This document shows positions 29,464-32,000 of a stretch of DNA of 32,000 nt, piece after piece (within the stretch, counting starts at the first letter, position 1; each line of letters begins with the position of its first letter). A program made the translations under genes and the position numbers. The notes beneath the pieces were generated by a model that did no database searches, was not told the origin of the DNA, and saw nothing but the letters and a program-made list of their open reading frames with translations. The DNA comes from Aliivibrio fischeri ES114 (GTDB taxonomy: Bacteria > Pseudomonadota > Gammaproteobacteria > Enterobacterales > Vibrionaceae): NCBI RefSeq assembly GCF_000011805.1, contig NC_006841.2. One strand, 5' to 3'.

Positions 29464-29656
29464 AAAATAATTTTTTCGATTTTAAACTTACAAACATAAT
29501 ATCTCAAACATAATCAATAATACTAGTTAAATTCTTATCATTTCATAAAAACTATCATTTGTGCAATAAAGCAGGTATATTGTGCAAAAATAATTCCTAT
29601 AAATATTAATACGTCTAATATGTCGTATAATGAAAAAAATTATATAGGAAAGTAAA

Positions 29657-30007
29657 ATGAAAAAACTAATTCTTTTATTGTTAATATTTAGTTTTAACAC
29701 ATACAGTATGACTTGTTTAGAGTCCGTTAGTGAAGATCCGCATATCAGAAGAGAACTACATGAAGAAGCACAGAAAAAAGCACAAGAAGCTATGGAATTA
29801 CGCATCGGAAAAAAAATGACTATGCCATACGTTGATTCAGATGGCCATAGGGCAGACTTAAATCTAATGATAATTAATATAGAGGAAAATTGGTGCAATG
29901 AATTTTCATCATTATATAGTTCATATTATAATTTCTATTTGGCTAATAGATATGTTTTCAATAAAGAAAAAAATCTAATACATTATTACATTTTTTCAGG
30001 TTATTGA
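29657..30007 (+). CDS. small secreted hypothetical protein
   Basis: 116 aa; signal peptide MKKLILLLLIFSFNTYS; RBS-like AGGAAAG upstream; two cysteines. Confidence 0.65.
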   Translation: MKKLILLLLIFSFNTYSMTCLESVSEDPHIRRELHEEAQKKAQEAMELRIGKKMTMPYVDSDGHRADLNLMIINIEENWCNEFSSLYSSYYNFYLANRYVFNKEKNLIHYYIFSGY

Positions 30008-30139
30008 TTTAGATGTTGTTAATCCCTTCCAGTTAAAAATTTAGTCAAACCTGTTCCATATCAATTTAAACAACAAGAAAACAAACTATAATAGCTTAAA
30101 TTACAAGGTCAAATGAGTTAGTTAGGTTTAATTTTAAAT

Positions 30140-30514
30140 ATGCTTTCACACGAAAATCAAGTCTTTTTTACCCTAGGAAACGCACTAAAGGATTGTTACG
30201 CATTTGACTCAAATGTTGATAAACTAGTCAAGGAAGGGCTCTCGACTAATGCAATAAACCCTAATATAGTAAGTACATTAGAAGAACACAACAACAATTA
30301 TGTTCTTTTTTTAACCTTATTATTAAAAGGACGTATGTCAACTTATACAGATGTAAAAAATGCAATTAATTCAAGAGATTTCTTAATACATCGATTTGCA
30401 TACGAAAATTATAATATGTTAGACAATATGTACTATGAAAGAAAATTAATTATATTGATTAAATCGCATCATAAAAACATAATGAAGATAAACCACTTAA
30501 TAGAAAAAAAATGA
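30140..30514 (+). CDS. hypothetical protein
   Basis: 124 aa, mostly helical composition, no recognised domain. Confidence 0.55.
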   Translation: MLSHENQVFFTLGNALKDCYAFDSNVDKLVKEGLSTNAINPNIVSTLEEHNNNYVLFLTLLLKGRMSTYTDVKNAINSRDFLIHRFAYENYNMLDNMYYERKLIILIKSHHKNIMKINHLIEKK

Positions 30515-30561
30515 TGATTCAATAGCTTCCACCATATTCGAGCCTTGTGGTATATTTAAAT

Positions 30562-31632
30562 TCAGAACGCTGATAATGCATCACGAGGCTTTGAAAAAAA
30601 ATACCCTTGCATATAATTAACCCCTATAGTTCGCATCAGCTCTGCTTGAAATGCAGTTTCAATACCTTCAGCTACAATTTCAACTCCGATATTTTGCATT
30701 TCTTTAATTGCTTTTCTTAAAATACAAAAATACAAAACATCAGAACATGCTCTTTTCACTATTGACATACATAACTTAGCAACTTTTGGCTTAACTGTAT
30801 TGACAGTTTCAAAATCAAAAAAACCAGATTCAACATCATCAAGCCAAACATCAATCCCTTCATTTTGCAACCTAGAAATAACAAATAAAAAAGGAGGCCA
30901 ATAAGTAATAGGTGTATTCTCTGTCAATTCTATTTTCAAACGCTTAACGCCGTATAACACAGCTAAGATAGTTTTATCCAACAATAACAATGGTGACATA
31001 TTAATCGTTAAAAAAGTATCATCTTTCATAGAATTCATTAGTGCTAATGCATTAATAATACAAAGAAATTCGAATTCATATTTAATGTCTTGATTCTTAG
31101 CTTCATCAAATAAATTTTTCGCAGAGAATAAACTCGAATTAGCAGGGCCTCGTGATAAAGCTTCATAACCAACGACTTCATACTTAGGTACCTTAATTAT
31201 TTCTTGGACGTATGTTGTTATTAATTTATTGTCGACTATTTTTTTTAATTCGCCAAAAGAAGTAGAATATAAAAACTCTTTAGCTATCATCTTATTGCAA
31301 AAAAAATAATATTTTTTTTCTTTATAATGAAAATAGTCATACATATTAACCTCTATTCTAGCAAGACGCCGTGTTAGTACACCAAGCACCTCATCACATA
31401 TATTCGCTATACAAGTAATAATTTGGTTTTTGAACGTATAAGTAGGCATAGAACTGCCTCTAACGAGTACATGAAATTCATCGTAACCAAAATCATCTTG
31501 AATTAAAGAAAGCTCACTTTTTTTCTTAACTCTATCTAATATATCCTCCAAAAAAAAAGTCCATCTTATAATCCCAAAGCGTTTAATTAAAGATTCACTT
31601 TCCGTAAATCTAAAAACTATAACTTTATTCAC
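30562..31632 (-). CDS. EAL-domain cyclic-di-GMP phosphodiesterase with degenerate GGDEF-like N-terminus
   Basis: YEALSRGP, FLTINMSP, LKIELTEN, DVWLDDVESGFF, KVAKLC, VAEGIET, YMQGYFFSKP; N-terminal DDFGYDEFHVLVRG resembles a degenerate GGDEF signature. Confidence 0.9.
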   Translation of the reverse strand: MNKVIVFRFTESESLIKRFGIIRWTFFLEDILDRVKKKSELSLIQDDFGYDEFHVLVRGSSMPTYTFKNQIITCIANICDEVLGVLTRRLARIEVNMYDYFHYKEKKYYFFCNKMIAKEFLYSTSFGELKKIVDNKLITTYVQEIIKVPKYEVVGYEALSRGPANSSLFSAKNLFDEAKNQDIKYEFEFLCIINALALMNSMKDDTFLTINMSPLLLLDKTILAVLYGVKRLKIELTENTPITYWPPFLFVISRLQNEGIDVWLDDVESGFFDFETVNTVKPKVAKLCMSIVKRACSDVLYFCILRKAIKEMQNIGVEIVAEGIETAFQAELMRTIGVNYMQGYFFSKPRDALSAF

Positions 31633-31827
31633 TTTTATCTCTCATCAATTTTAAAATTAATATCATTAAATCTTAAAATAACAAATTTTAATAACACCAT
31701 TATGCATAATTCAACACATAAAACGCATAGATTCTATATTGATTTTTAGTTTGTCCTACATGCTAATAGACATAATTACTAAATATTGATATATTTATCA
31801 TTACCTACATTACTTACATTAACATAT

Positions 31828-32000
31828 ATGCTCTTATTAACCGCAACATCCAATCAAGAATTAGCTACTTGGAATAAGAAAATAACTACATTTTCTTTGG
31901 CTAGATCTATTTCTACAAATAATAAGATAATAGATTACAAATTTAATTTAGAATCATTACCAAATGGTTTGAAATTCTCCATTTTATTAGCAGAAAATTT
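31828..32000 (+). CDS. partial ORF running off the right edge, unknown function
   Basis: ATG at 31828, open frame to the window end: MLLLTATSNQELATWNKKITTFSLARSISTNNKIIDYKFNLESLPNGLKFSILLAENF. Confidence 0.4.
   Translation, partial: MLLLTATSNQELATWNKKITTFSLARSISTNNKIIDYKFNLESLPNGLKFSILLAEN

Noticed and set aside
29527-29898. Minus-strand ORF 123 aa
   Set aside because: Antisense to the better supported signal-peptide protein 29657..30007.
1-32000. CRISPR arrays, transposases, integrases, rRNA, toxin-antitoxin or phage-defence modules
   Set aside because: No regularly spaced repeats and no characteristic proteins were seen in the window; tRNAs were only looked for by eye.

Overview
AT-rich gammaproteobacterial chromosome window, Vibrionaceae-like by gene content (my inference). 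Left half, housekeeping and accessory: 3' end of a RarD-type transporter, AraC/GyrI-like regulator, MocR/LysN-type aminotransferase, M14 carboxypeptidase-like protein, three conserved-type hypotheticals, ArsR regulator with an ACR3 arsenite permease, a chemoreceptor, a membrane-bound ToxR/VtrB-type regulator with a small membrane/periplasmic partner, and a nitric-oxide/nitrosative module norR - hcp - hcr. A degenerate second copy of the hcr 3' end lies about 1 kb downstream. Right half (16.4-27.7 kb, minus strand): an apparently complete toxin-coregulated-pilus-like type IVb pilus operon whose order matches V. cholerae tcpA-B-Q-C-R-D-S-T-E-F. It ends in a TcpF-like secreted protein, a possible PAS-like protein and a chemoreceptor, and is divergent from a ToxT/Rns-like AraC regulator. 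Next to it are an orphan ParA ATPase, a small secreted protein, a hypothetical, and an EAL protein with a degenerate GGDEF-like N-terminus. The most notable non-coding signals are two sets of long inverted repeats around a strong sigma-54-like promoter upstream of hcp, a 19-bp palindrome upstream of norR, and a repeated TACGACACA-type motif around the pilus/AraC intergenic region. All family assignments come from reading the protein sequences; no database search was run.
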